A stretch of DNA of 64,000 bases from Candidatus Obscuribacterales bacterium (GTDB taxonomy: Bacteria; Cyanobacteriota; Vampirovibrionia; Obscuribacterales; Obscuribacteraceae): NCBI GenBank assembly GCA_965228855.1, contig CBDDIJ010000003.1, positions 416,001-480,000 of the forward strand, written 5' to 3'. Positions 38,689 to 48,902 of the stretch are shown here, one piece after another; the stretch's first letter is position 1, and every line of letters starts with the position of its first letter. The notes under the pieces were generated by a model. It saw only the letters and a list, made by a program, of their open reading frames with translations. It had not been told where the DNA came from and did no database searches. The position numbers and the translations under genes were made by a program.

Positions 38689-39722
38689 AGTCCTTTACCG
38701 TAAACGGCATACTTTCTGAATACGTGGGCACCGGGAATGGTGCTGTATGCGCTGGACGAATTATCGTCTTTGTATAAAGCGTGAATCATGTTCGTGAAGC
38801 CCATTTTGTCTGCCCGGGCGTGACATTCAGCCATGAGCCGTCGACCGAGTCCGTTTAATCTGTCGTCCTTGACTCGACCAATCGTCTTCGCCACGAGGGT
38901 TTTCGTGTCCGTGTTCGAGTTCGCCAAATCGGGGATGGCAAGCATGAAGCCGACTGGATGATTGTCGTACTCGGCGATTAATACCAGGTCCGGATTCACG
39001 ACACTTCTCAAATGTCGGTATCTGGTTATGAATTCCAACTCGCTGATTTCAGCGTAGAGAAATGCATCTGAGAAGGCATCGCATGCAATACCATATATGC
39101 TGTGCAATTCCTGCTCGAACCTGTTCATGTCGATAGAACGAACTGAAACCTGGTCGAGCATTGACGAATCGGTAGACGAGAGTTTGTTTTTATCCAGGAA
39201 GTCTGGTTTCACTTCCAGAATGGACGAGCTGTAGGTTGCGACCGATTCGAATCCAGAGTCGATAAAATGACCTGGAAACTCCATCGGATTTTCCGGTTCC
39301 ATCAAGAAGCTCTTCACGCCTGTAGTTCCACAGACTAAACGATAGCGTCGCCAGGTGTTACCGTCGACCGGACCGATGGCAAGCTGGCAGCCGTATTGCT
39401 TTAGCAATTTTGTTGCCGATGCCAGTAAGTCCGTTGCCACGCGACGGTTTGCTGCGAAGTAATGCCCGATGAATCCTACGCTTTGTCCGTTTAAATCCGG
39501 CGTATCGCAATACCAGAGTGAAAAGTGCCCGGCGATTTTTCCGTCTTCGACCAGTATCCATGTTTCATCCGGGAGGTCGGCGTCAATGCTTGCCTGGGGC
39601 AGATGCTGTTTCATGAAATTAGCGTGAGTGTCTGTTGCCCTCAACTCTGTAAGTCTTACCAGTTCAGTTTTTCGTGTCTCTCTTGTGGGAGTGTTGGAGT
39701 TTTTAGTGGTACGAGAGTTCAT
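38685..39722 (-). CDS. GNAT-fold putative acyltransferase
   Basis: GFIGHY, AIGPVDGNTWRRYRL, EPENP, PVGFMLAIPD and RLNGLGRRLM (acyl-CoA-binding motif A); GGAG RBS before ATG 39722. Confidence 0.75.
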   Translation of the reverse strand: MNSRTTKNSNTPTRETRKTELVRLTELRATDTHANFMKQHLPQASIDADLPDETWILVEDGKIAGHFSLWYCDTPDLNGQSVGFIGHYFAANRRVATDLLASATKLLKQYGCQLAIGPVDGNTWRRYRLVCGTTGVKSFLMEPENPMEFPGHFIDSGFESVATYSSSILEVKPDFLDKNKLSSTDSSMLDQVSVRSIDMNRFEQELHSIYGIACDAFSDAFLYAEISELEFITRYRHLRSVVNPDLVLIAEYDNHPVGFMLAIPDLANSNTDTKTLVAKTIGRVKDDRLNGLGRRLMAECHARADKMGFTNMIHALYKDDNSSSAYSTIPGAHVFRKYAVYGKGL

Positions 39723-39901
39723 ATCAGTTTCTCCGGCGATTACCGCAATTGCGGTTACAATCCATTCTGACTCTTTGGACGCCCTCTGCACATTGGAGTC
39801 AACACTTTCAAAACCGTTGTATCGAAGTCAGGGGCGGGTTCGAGTCTCTAAACAGTAGTTCCCTCATTACGTCACCGTTCGAATGAATGGTAATGTAGTT
39901 G

Positions 39902-41227
39902 CTATTGCAAGAGCAGTGGTATCAACCCCAGTAAAGAAGCCATAGCCGCGCATGATGCTTGCTTCCACCAGCGTGTTGCGCGCGTAAATGGTTTGATCTT
40001 CGTCGAATTGAATAAGTAGAATAGAAAGGTAGGAATGCCTATGCAGAATGGTGTCAGAACTATCAGAATCAACGAATCTGCGGTTTTCGGCAACAACAGC
40101 AGTAACGGAACGGCGACCAGGCACCATGCTTTCAGAACCGCGTAGAGAATGAACAGTATCTTTTGTTTCGAAAAACTGGTGAATCGCATGTGAGCGGTCG
40201 CGATGATTGCCGCATGTGCAGCGAATGTGAGCATATACGGAAATATGAACTCATCACGATTGTTGAGCATCGAAAGCAGCGACCAGATAATTCCTACCGA
40301 AGCTACTGATACCACTGCGTAAATATTGTGTTCGCTTCTAATGTTGCGAAAGCGATTGGGCAGCAGAAAGCGATACGAGAGATAGAGCAAAATGGGCATT
40401 ACAACCCATTCGATACCGTTCATTACAAACGTGAAATAGCAAAACAGTGCCGCCCCGATAATACCGCTGCCGTTCAACGTGCTGTTCCGACGCAGCAGAA
40501 CGATTGAGATGGAAACAGCCAGCAATAAAATCAAGCGCACTAAAAGTACATCTAAAGACAGATGCATGTGCGTTTTCATTACTATAAATGCACCCAGGGG
40601 GATAAATAAATTATCTAGCCCATTCCACGCAATTGCTTCAAACATCATCGCGACCAGTCCAACGATCAAGGCGATGCAGAGTGCTACTGGCACTCCCAGA
40701 CCGGTGAAGAAATTCAAAGACACGAAGGTCGCCAGCAGAGCTACTGATGCGAAGCCAAAGCTGCCCTGAAGTGATTTTTGGCTGTCTGCAGTGCAACTGT
40801 ACTTCCGAGTTCCAAATCGTTGACCTATCAGCGCCGAGGCTGTGTCCGCCAACGTGAGAATGATAATCGGCACCATATACAGTATCTTATTACCGTCTGC
40901 CAGTAAGAACGTCAGACCGATTGCTAGCGGGAATATAATTTCTCCGACGCTCGAGCGTCCGCGAGCGCAGACAACCGGTTGCCACTGTTTCAAGTTTGAG
41001 ACCTTTAGTAGTGCTATAAAAAGGCTCGATACGACGCTCAGTGTTAAAACCGGCCATGCACTCTGAAATACCCATGGAAAGCTCAACGTCAAAAGACCCA
41101 TCGTCACGTGGAGAGTTTTTCGAATGACTTCCGGGTCTTTTATTTTCGAGTTTTGTAGTCGGCTGAGTACGTGAATTACTCCTATCAGAATAATTATCAC
41201 GCTTGCGATGCCAACCCAGGGATTCAT
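39902..41227 (-). CDS. Phytol/dolichol kinase-like CTP-dependent membrane enzyme with an extra C-terminal TM domain
   Basis: EVIRKTLHV, LADTASALIGQRFG, KSLQGS and GLDNLFIP; many TM helices; ATGA overlap with the upstream gene. Confidence 0.8.
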   Translation of the reverse strand: MNPWVGIASVIIILIGVIHVLSRLQNSKIKDPEVIRKTLHVTMGLLTLSFPWVFQSAWPVLTLSVVSSLFIALLKVSNLKQWQPVVCARGRSSVGEIIFPLAIGLTFLLADGNKILYMVPIIILTLADTASALIGQRFGTRKYSCTADSQKSLQGSFGFASVALLATFVSLNFFTGLGVPVALCIALIVGLVAMMFEAIAWNGLDNLFIPLGAFIVMKTHMHLSLDVLLVRLILLLAVSISIVLLRRNSTLNGSGIIGAALFCYFTFVMNGIEWVVMPILLYLSYRFLLPNRFRNIRSEHNIYAVVSVASVGIIWSLLSMLNNRDEFIFPYMLTFAAHAAIIATAHMRFTSFSKQKILFILYAVLKAWCLVAVPLLLLLPKTADSLILIVLTPFCIGIPTFLFYLFNSTKIKPFTRATRWWKQASCAAMASLLGLIPLLLQ

Positions 41228-44200
41228 GCGGCTCTGCCTCTTGCTCCATCAGCTGTCGATTTAATAATCGTTTGCGGTGGCGTTTCACATTCGGTGAAGC
41301 TGTGGTCGATTTCCTCGACGATGAATCTGCTGTAAAAGAACGTCTTGTTTTTAGCAAAAAGTCTATCTGATACTTCTGTCAGCTCTTTCACATGCTGAAC
41401 GTTTGAACCTCGACTTGTTCTTCGCGCCATCATATTCCAGTAAACAACTCTAGCTCCTGGTTTTGACGCGCGAGCAATCAGTTTCATAATTGACCTGTAG
41501 TTCTCTTCTGAAACGTATTCAAAAACGTCGCTCAGGTTCAAAGAGTCGATGCTCTCTTCGTCGGCTCCCGAGAGGAACTCTTCGATAGACTGCTGGCGCC
41601 ATTCGAGCTTGTCTATGTTTCTTTTGATAGTTTCAAAGTTTTCTCGGCGAATGAATGTCGGCAGAGAGTCGCCGAACTCGCCCTTCAAAATCCAGTGCAA
41701 ATATGGATTCGTGGAAGGATCTTGCTCGACTAGTGCTTTGCGAGTCCACTGCATCAAGGCGCCTGGTAGTCCGCCATCCGCATATGTGAAGAAGCTCGGG
41801 TCTCGACCCAACGAACCCATAACGAACTCAGAGAAGAATACTTTGAAGAGCGCTCTCCATCTAAATGTGTTCCACCTATGGTTGAAAAAACTCTCACGCT
41901 CCGAGCGACATTTAGGTTTTAAAAGCTTATTAACCGTGCGTTTGGAGTGGGTTAAAGGCAGAGAGAAGCGTCGAAACACGTCGAAGTAGTGCTCGAATTT
42001 CCCGGATCTCACCACACCATATTCGATATCGTCGCTGTGTTGGTTCCAGTACTGAAGCGCAGAAGCGCTCAGGAATGCCGATAATGTTGTGAACAGTTCT
42101 AGTCGGTTTTTGCCTGGCTTGTAACCGAGCACAACTAACATCTCCTCGTAGCTGAGATGTTTGAATGCCATCGCCTTCAGTTCCAGCAAGGCTAGCTGCG
42201 CCGGGTTCAGATCTAGCGCAATAACCTTGTGGGGATTTCTGATTAACAAGGCTAAACTGTTGTCGCCTGCCGATGCGATGGAAACGCAGGTGTCTCCGGG
42301 TCTTATCTTCATCGCTTCGATTACGATGTCGCTGTCTTCCCAACATTGCGCGTATCGAACGAATGAGAAACCGGCTTTGTTTTGAATTTCGCTCTTCATG
42401 AGTATTTCGTCCAGCCCATACGAAGTTTCTGATTGTTCAATCTTAGAACTTTGGCTGACACTGGAGTTTGCGCATGCATGCAGTTCAGCTACTGTTTCCG
42501 TTTCACATTGCTCATCGGTAAGAGTGACGTCCGCAATCTGCGCCGTCACCCGTACCTCACCGGTTGCACCGTTGATATCGAGCCAGTCTCCAGAATTTAC
42601 GCTGGTTGTGACATTGGAAACTGAGACGACTGTTGGGATTCCAAGTTCCCTCGCCACGATCGCCGTGTGCGATAACAAGCTCCCGTACTCGACGACTATT
42701 CCGCGAGCCTGTGCGATAACGGTTATCCAGCCGGGATCTGTACGCTTAGCTACCAGAAGTTCGCCTTCCAGCAGATGTTCTATGTTTGGATTTTCAATGA
42801 TTCTCGCGTAACCGGATATGGTGCCGGGGCAGCAACCCAAGCCTTTCATTGAGAATGAACCGCTATCCGACTTAAGCATCCCTTCGCTGACATCCACAGC
42901 AGGCGCATCGGTTTCGAGTTCCGAACAATTCAAGCTCAACCCGTGACGAATACTGAATCTGTCCGGAGGTGCCGGCATGGTTTGAAACATTGCATGATCG
43001 GATCTTCTTGCGCTCGCTAACGACTTAAGACAGGCGCTGCTTGAGGTCCCTTCTATGAAGCGCAAAGCTTCTTCTGTTTCCAGCCAGAATATATCGCTAG
43101 CCTCATCCAAAACGTTCTGACTCGCAAATCGACGCCCAAGCTCCACGAATATTCGGCGGACGGCACCGAAGACGCGTGTTCGCATGAATCGGAGATTTTC
43201 GCGCTCACGAATTCTCGCTCTGGTTTCAGAAAGAACAAGTTTGAACATTGTCAGTTTTAGAGGGTGGGCCCTGAGCGCGTTCAAAGCGTTGCATTCGGCC
43301 TCTTCTCGATTTGTAGAAGCAAAGTCTGTTGCCGCCGAGTTCCTTACGCCGCTCGACTTCGTCTCTGCAAGGCGCACTATCGCGATAATGAAAGCAATGG
43401 GATTATCAGATAGCGTGGGGCTTTCTAGTTTCAATTCACCCGTGCACCGGTCGCCGAACTTGTTTAGATAGGAAACATACTTGGAGTAGAAAACCGGATA
43501 CGATTGCAAGCGTTTATCCATCGATTGAAACTCACTCGTGATCGGCTGTGTCGTTGCTGTTTTCAAAACCGCCAACAGTGTCTCATCGCTCGCTGCTAGC
43601 ATGGCAAGTTCTTGCATTCTGGTTACCGGCTCCGTGCTCACAATGCCTGTTTCTCCACACAATAATTGGTTATGAATACCCTCAAAATTTCCCAACCATC
43701 TTGCGCAGACACCGCGAAGAAGTCCAAATGAGACCATCGCGAAGAAGTCATTTACGATGGGCGCGTCCCACTTCTGAAGCAGGTCTTGTTCCATTGCTCG
43801 ATATATTTTTCCAAGCTCGACCGTAGTAGTTTCGCTAATATTCTGCGGCATTCTTTTAAGTGAAGTCTCGACGCGGGCGTTAAAGTTCTCCACGTCTGAA
43901 TTCAATTTGACCCAGCGCAGAAGAAGTTTTGGAATGGAAACGCTCAAGCTCAGACCGTCCAGAACGCGCTCTTTTAGCGTTAACTCGCGTTTGAATTCGG
44001 CAAGAAACTCTTGCGGCAGCTCAGATTTTACCCCCATCATCTGTTCCATAAATCCGCGATTGGTCTTGAATCCCGGAAAAAGCGAGAGTAAACGGTACCA
44101 GTTGAGAAGGTTGTAGTATATCCGCCCACGCGCGAAACCAAGCATTTGTGGAAAGATAAAAGAGTGTTTTGCGATTGCAGATTCTGAAACACCCATAAGA

Positions 44201-45231
44201 CGGCAGAATGTTTCATACACGTGCTGGTAGGCCTTGCGCGCAAATGAGAAGGTGAGCGGCGTCGTAGTTCCTGGATAGCTCTCGCCGATGTTGCTGTTGT
44301 CAAAGATATCCAGCCTTGCGTCCTGGTTCTCATTGTTCGCTCCAACAGCTTTGCCTCGAGAAGAAGAGAACGTCGGCGACGAAACTGTTTTCAATGTTGT
44401 AATCGGTCGTGATTGAACTATGAATAGTTTATTGAACTTGTCTATCGCCCATTCGATGTCCTGGGGACTACCGAAGATTTCTTCGGCTAGATCCAGGACA
44501 TCGCAAATGTCCTGGAGTTGTTGGTCCGTTAGTGGACAAAGCGATTCGCTGTTTCGTTCAATTACTTCTGCATTCGAAATAACGTATGTTGCCGCATCTA
44601 CCTCGCCGGATACGAGCTTGTCGCCCAGCCCATGCACTGCTGATATGACCTTCTCCGCCGTCTTGCCACTGATCGGGTTTGCTCCGAATGCGACGCCGGA
44701 AGCGATTGCAGGTACCATTCGTTGAATGATCACGCATGGTGGCTCAGGCGGTGCGCTCAAACCGTTCAAGTTTCTGTAAGCACTGAGTTGACTTGTGAAG
44801 GCGGAACGCCAAACTTGCTCTACAGCTGTCGCGACGTTCTTTGCTTTTACGTTCAAAACCGAACTGAATTGCCCTGCGTAAGACAAGTGGGAGCCATCTT
44901 CGTCGAGAGCGGAAGAACGCACTGCTAGATAGACATCATCCAGTTGGTACAGTGCCAGTTCACTTCGCAGCTTGAGTATGGTCGAGGGGCTTAGAGCGAG
45001 GTGCTCAACAATTGAAGCTCTCTCTTTATCGCTTAGCTTCCACCATGAAAGCCGTTCAGATTCACTTAATGCTGCGAAAAATGCTTTCTGGGTCAGCACG
45101 ATGAAGTTGGGAACCTCTAAGTGCGGGTTCGACATCAATCTCGAAAGGTTGAAACCTTTCCCGCCAAGTACGGCCACGTCTGCCGTTTGGTCTGGTGTCC
45201 ATATCTCAAAAGCGTCTTTGATCGTGTCCAT
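41224..45231 (-). CDS. PEP-utilising dikinase-type enzyme (RPH/PigC architecture) fused to a BtaA/DUF3419-like SAM-dependent transferase
   Basis: GGKG, AVRSSALDEDG...SYAGQF, DIEWA, QSRPIT, TDPGW and GSLLSHTAIVARELGIP (phospho-His domain). From Met945: YAQCWED, IASAGDN, DLNPAQ, LSDVFEY and YWNM. Confidence 0.88.
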   Translation of the reverse strand: MDTIKDAFEIWTPDQTADVAVLGGKGFNLSRLMSNPHLEVPNFIVLTQKAFFAALSESERLSWWKLSDKERASIVEHLALSPSTILKLRSELALYQLDDVYLAVRSSALDEDGSHLSYAGQFSSVLNVKAKNVATAVEQVWRSAFTSQLSAYRNLNGLSAPPEPPCVIIQRMVPAIASGVAFGANPISGKTAEKVISAVHGLGDKLVSGEVDAATYVISNAEVIERNSESLCPLTDQQLQDICDVLDLAEEIFGSPQDIEWAIDKFNKLFIVQSRPITTLKTVSSPTFSSSRGKAVGANNENQDARLDIFDNSNIGESYPGTTTPLTFSFARKAYQHVYETFCRLMGVSESAIAKHSFIFPQMLGFARGRIYYNLLNWYRLLSLFPGFKTNRGFMEQMMGVKSELPQEFLAEFKRELTLKERVLDGLSLSVSIPKLLLRWVKLNSDVENFNARVETSLKRMPQNISETTTVELGKIYRAMEQDLLQKWDAPIVNDFFAMVSFGLLRGVCARWLGNFEGIHNQLLCGETGIVSTEPVTRMQELAMLAASDETLLAVLKTATTQPITSEFQSMDKRLQSYPVFYSKYVSYLNKFGDRCTGELKLESPTLSDNPIAFIIAIVRLAETKSSGVRNSAATDFASTNREEAECNALNALRAHPLKLTMFKLVLSETRARIRERENLRFMRTRVFGAVRRIFVELGRRFASQNVLDEASDIFWLETEEALRFIEGTSSSACLKSLASARRSDHAMFQTMPAPPDRFSIRHGLSLNCSELETDAPAVDVSEGMLKSDSGSFSMKGLGCCPGTISGYARIIENPNIEHLLEGELLVAKRTDPGWITVIAQARGIVVEYGSLLSHTAIVARELGIPTVVSVSNVTTSVNSGDWLDINGATGEVRVTAQIADVTLTDEQCETETVAELHACANSSVSQSSKIEQSETSYGLDEILMKSEIQNKAGFSFVRYAQCWEDSDIVIEAMKIRPGDTCVSIASAGDNSLALLIRNPHKVIALDLNPAQLALLELKAMAFKHLSYEEMLVVLGYKPGKNRLELFTTLSAFLSASALQYWNQHSDDIEYGVVRSGKFEHYFDVFRRFSLPLTHSKRTVNKLLKPKCRSERESFFNHRWNTFRWRALFKVFFSEFVMGSLGRDPSFFTYADGGLPGALMQWTRKALVEQDPSTNPYLHWILKGEFGDSLPTFIRRENFETIKRNIDKLEWRQQSIEEFLSGADEESIDSLNLSDVFEYVSEENYRSIMKLIARASKPGARVVYWNMMARRTSRGSNVQHVKELTEVSDRLFAKNKTFFYSRFIVEEIDHSFTECETPPQTIIKSTADGARGRAA

Positions 45232-45295
45232 GATTCTTCCTTGAGGTCCTTTATAGTTTCGTTTTTCCAGCGCTAATTGATAAATCCTGTGAGTT

Positions 45296-46216
45296 TTAAC
45301 TAAACTGAGTCACCAAAAGCGGTATCAGTCCAATCATCAGGTAGGTCGTTAATGTCCAGGCTCCCGATAATGTATCGAGCCGTTTTGCGGCTGCAGGAGT
45401 GGAAACCGACAGAAATCTTTTGCCGGCCAACCAGCAGCTGAACAGCGAGAATGACAGTACCAATACGGCAAGCGGACCTGAGTGAATCTGGAATGCGGTG
45501 GCAATCGCTAACGCTCCCGAGACACTTATTGCCGCAAGCCAGGCACTTACAGCCCTTTTCTTCCCCCACAGGCGACTGTAAGTGTCGGTGCCGGTAGTTT
45601 CGTCCAGAGGGCTTCTAATTTTTCTACCGAGTTCAATCACAGTTCCAAGTGAAAAGCTGGTCGCCAGGAAGTACAGAAGCGTTAATGGCGGCTCGATGTT
45701 TGAGACCATGAAATGGCACGAGGTGATGAACAGGTCGGTGAAAAACAGAATACACATGTGAGTGACCATATAAATCATGGGATGCCGGCGAAGCCATTCG
45801 CCGATGAAAAACTCTTTCGTCATCAGCAACATATAGGTCCATGCAAGAAAGAGGGGCAGCAGCAGTTTTGCACTCAGAGACGAAACCGCCAGCAATTGCA
45901 GCACGCCCGCTCCAATGCCCAAGGTGCGCAGTTCGAAAAGTGAAACGAGACCGCGTGGCACCGGTCGTTTCGGGTGGTGCTTCGAGTCGTAGTCGTAGTC
46001 CTTGTGCTCATCCGCCACGCGAAGTTGAAAAAACAACATCAATGTCACCGTGAAAGCGACGATGAACATAGGAAGAGTAAGTGGAGCGCGCATGCCGGTT
46101 AAAAGGAACGAAAGTGATAAACCCGACGCGGAGAAGGCTGAAACCAGCAGCGAATAACGGACTAGAGGAAATCGTTCCTTCTGATAGATAATCCATTTTG
46201 AGAGTTTGCCATCCAT
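45296..46216 (-). CDS. Divergent UbiA-superfamily prenyltransferase
   Basis: YQKERFP, LRVADEHKDYDYD...PKRPVPRG (Asp-rich motif) and ELGRKIR...E...DTYS; multiple TM helices; AGGA RBS before ATG 46216. Confidence 0.8.
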   Translation of the reverse strand: MDGKLSKWIIYQKERFPLVRYSLLVSAFSASGLSLSFLLTGMRAPLTLPMFIVAFTVTLMLFFQLRVADEHKDYDYDSKHHPKRPVPRGLVSLFELRTLGIGAGVLQLLAVSSLSAKLLLPLFLAWTYMLLMTKEFFIGEWLRRHPMIYMVTHMCILFFTDLFITSCHFMVSNIEPPLTLLYFLATSFSLGTVIELGRKIRSPLDETTGTDTYSRLWGKKRAVSAWLAAISVSGALAIATAFQIHSGPLAVLVLSFSLFSCWLAGKRFLSVSTPAAAKRLDTLSGAWTLTTYLMIGLIPLLVTQFS

Positions 46217-46382
46217 GACTGTTTCCTTTCTTAGAAGTGCGCGACAAAGCACGCCCCGCAAGAGCCTTAGAGCAGAAATTTCTTTCCGCCTGCTCGGTAC
46301 TTGCCCGACACTACTAATGTAGTTGACGGCGCGTCGAATGTTCCGCGACTTCAACAGTTCCGAGAGTGTTTGAACCGGGTAT

Positions 46383-48656
46383 ATGCTCAAAATGTCAGCA
46401 GAAGAACCTTGCTCGAAGTGTGGAAAGAAAATTCGGACCGGACGCACCGGTTCGCTGACTCAGTGGCTGTTCACTGAAGACACTTGTGAGTGCGATGGGA
46501 AACTGGCATCTCTCAAGATGCCGGAGTTGGAGCCCAGTTTTGAAGAATCTCGCATGTGCGAGCATTGCGGTAAGCTGCGAAGCGATTCGCGCCAGGGGAG
46601 TCTGACGCAATGGGTTTTCGGTGCGGAACGCTGCAGCTGTGATTACGAGAAGCTGAAACAGAGGCATTCCGGAGAGCTTGGAGAGCAGGCACGAGAAGCG
46701 AAGGCAATTGAAACGGCCGCATACTCAAGCGACATCCCTGTGGAACTCAGAGACGCGCTTGAGAATGGACCGGTCAACTTTCATGGTCTGGCGGAAAACA
46801 GTTTTCCATTTGAGCGTTATCGAATTATCGATGAGAAGGGGCGTGGCTTTGCCGGTATTGTTTACGAAGCCTGGGATCTAATTCTCAGAAAGCGAGTTGC
46901 GATAAAGACTCTATACTCGAAAGCGTGGAGCGCAGAGGAACTCGTTCGCTTTCAGAGCGAAGCTCGTGCATCCAGTCGATTAAGTCACCGCAACGTATTG
47001 CAGATACTCGACTTTGGTTCGTCCGAAGGCGGGCAACCGTATATGGTGATGGAATTTGTCGACGGTATCACGCTGGCCGATTTGATCAAAAGGGAGGGTT
47101 CAATTGAAAGCAAAGATGCGGTGCCTCTGTTCTTGCAGATCTGCGAGGGGGTTCGGCATGCTCATCACAGCGGAATATTGCATCGCGACATCAAGTCCGG
47201 CAACATAATGATTGCAAACGACCGCTCCGGTAACCAGATTGCAAAAGTAATTGATTTCGGCATCGCTGCTCTGGCGCATCATGAGGAAACCGTCTCTACA
47301 TCAGGTGTTTCTAAAACCGAGTCGATAGCCGGGAGTCCGCATTATATGGCTCCGGATCAATTCCGCGGGTATCCTTACGAAATCCGGTCTGACATTTACT
47401 CCATCGGTTGTGTCATGTATGAAACGCTCTGCGGCGTTGTTCCCTACGAGGCTGAAAACGTTATGTCCACTATGTCTCTGCATGCATCAGCGGAGATACC
47501 CGACCTCATCAACACATACGGAGAATCGGTCAACTGCCCGCCTGAGCTTTCAGCGATCGTCCGAAAGTGTTTGGCTAAGGAGCCCGTCGGCCGTTTCAGA
47601 AACACCGATGATTTGCACAAGCAGCTCCTCGACGTCAACGAGATTTTAGGTCTGCCTCCGCCGCCAATAGACGAAGCTACCGATTCAGTCTCATTTAAGA
47701 AGCCATATGAAAAATTCAAAACGCCGTTCATTGTCGCAGCCGCAGTTGCACTTCTTTGCACAGTCGGCTTTCTTTCTTATAAAGGAATCTCTGCTTTGCC
47801 TGCACCGAAGGCGGTGCCCTCGACCAGCAAGATGCTTCTGTTCGATAAAGATGCGCCCGATGAAACTCCCGAACAAATCATCTCCAAAGACCCGTTCGCC
47901 GACCTGGCAACACATGGTTTGATCGTTCAGTGGTCAGAGAAGCAGGGGCGCCTCACTATAGATGGAGAGCAAAGCCCTGACAAAATTCTCAGGCGCGCCT
48001 TGAAAAGAAAGTATCCGGTTAAAGAATTGGAAATTGAAAATGCGGTCATGTCGGATGAAACGTTCTCTATGATTGCTCAGCTACCCGACTTGAACATGCT
48101 CAGTCTCTCCGATGTGTCAGGTGCAAAGCCAGAGGATTGGCACGAGCTTGGAACGTGTAAGAATCTGCGCCATCTGCGATTGACGGATATCAATGCTACC
48201 GACGACTTTATGAGCATGGTCGGTCAGCTGAAATTTCTGGATCATCTGGACATCGACTCTTCTACTGTTAGCGCAAAAGGTTTGAGTCATCTAACTCAAC
48301 TGCCGCTCGAACATCTGAGTTTGAAGACTTCAATGCTGTCATCGGCTCACATGAAAGAGATTGTCAAAATAAAGACGCTCAACCAAATATTTCTTGGAGA
48401 TACATCTCTCTCCGATGCCGATCTCAAATCGCTGCTTTCTCTGGATGTTGTATTGGCGCTCGGGCTCAATGGTTTGCCGATTGAGGATGAAACACTACTT
48501 GCACTTGTGAAAAAGTTTCCCTTGAAGGCTCTGTATGTTTTTCGTTGCGAAAAACTAACCCCGAAAATGATTCACCGCGTTAGCGCGATGCGCCCTTCGT
48601 GTTCGATTTTCGATGACGACAGCGACATCAAAAATGGTTTTGCTCCAATGCAATAA
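46383..48656 (+). CDS. Membrane Ser/Thr protein kinase with two N-terminal Cys modules and a C-terminal LRR domain
   Basis: GRGFAGIVY, VAIK, HRDIKSGN, DFG and GSPHYMAP; one TM helix; LRRs. Confidence 0.92.
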   Translation: MLKMSAEEPCSKCGKKIRTGRTGSLTQWLFTEDTCECDGKLASLKMPELEPSFEESRMCEHCGKLRSDSRQGSLTQWVFGAERCSCDYEKLKQRHSGELGEQAREAKAIETAAYSSDIPVELRDALENGPVNFHGLAENSFPFERYRIIDEKGRGFAGIVYEAWDLILRKRVAIKTLYSKAWSAEELVRFQSEARASSRLSHRNVLQILDFGSSEGGQPYMVMEFVDGITLADLIKREGSIESKDAVPLFLQICEGVRHAHHSGILHRDIKSGNIMIANDRSGNQIAKVIDFGIAALAHHEETVSTSGVSKTESIAGSPHYMAPDQFRGYPYEIRSDIYSIGCVMYETLCGVVPYEAENVMSTMSLHASAEIPDLINTYGESVNCPPELSAIVRKCLAKEPVGRFRNTDDLHKQLLDVNEILGLPPPPIDEATDSVSFKKPYEKFKTPFIVAAAVALLCTVGFLSYKGISALPAPKAVPSTSKMLLFDKDAPDETPEQIISKDPFADLATHGLIVQWSEKQGRLTIDGEQSPDKILRRALKRKYPVKELEIENAVMSDETFSMIAQLPDLNMLSLSDVSGAKPEDWHELGTCKNLRHLRLTDINATDDFMSMVGQLKFLDHLDIDSSTVSAKGLSHLTQLPLEHLSLKTSMLSSAHMKEIVKIKTLNQIFLGDTSLSDADLKSLLSLDVVLALGLNGLPIEDETLLALVKKFPLKALYVFRCEKLTPKMIHRVSAMRPSCSIFDDDSDIKNGFAPMQ

Positions 48657-48902
48657 CTCCCCGTTTCACTAAAGTTATGCGTCATGGCGGATTGAACCGG
48701 CATGTTGCCCATATCTCACAGGCGGGTAACGGAATTTTTAGAATTTTCCAGATTAAAATTTCAGGTTCGGGTTTGAGTTTCGTATCTTGAAACCGCCGCT
48801 CTGTCGGAATCGATGCACTCGCAGTTTATTTCGTACCAGCGTCGTCTACTATCAGCTACGTAATTTTCCACTTTCATCTGTCTTGCTTACGCGTTACGGT
48901 GA

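Noticed and set aside
39825..39855. GGGTTCGAGTC resembling a tRNA T-loop inside the biosynthetic operon
   Set aside because: The flanking T-stem pairs poorly and there is no acceptor stem, D-arm or anticodon arm.
41224..45231. Calling this PEP synthase (ppsA) or a rifampin-resistance gene
   Set aside because: It lacks the C-terminal PEP/pyruvate TIM-barrel of PpsA, and the biosynthetic context and fusion argue against a simple resistance enzyme.
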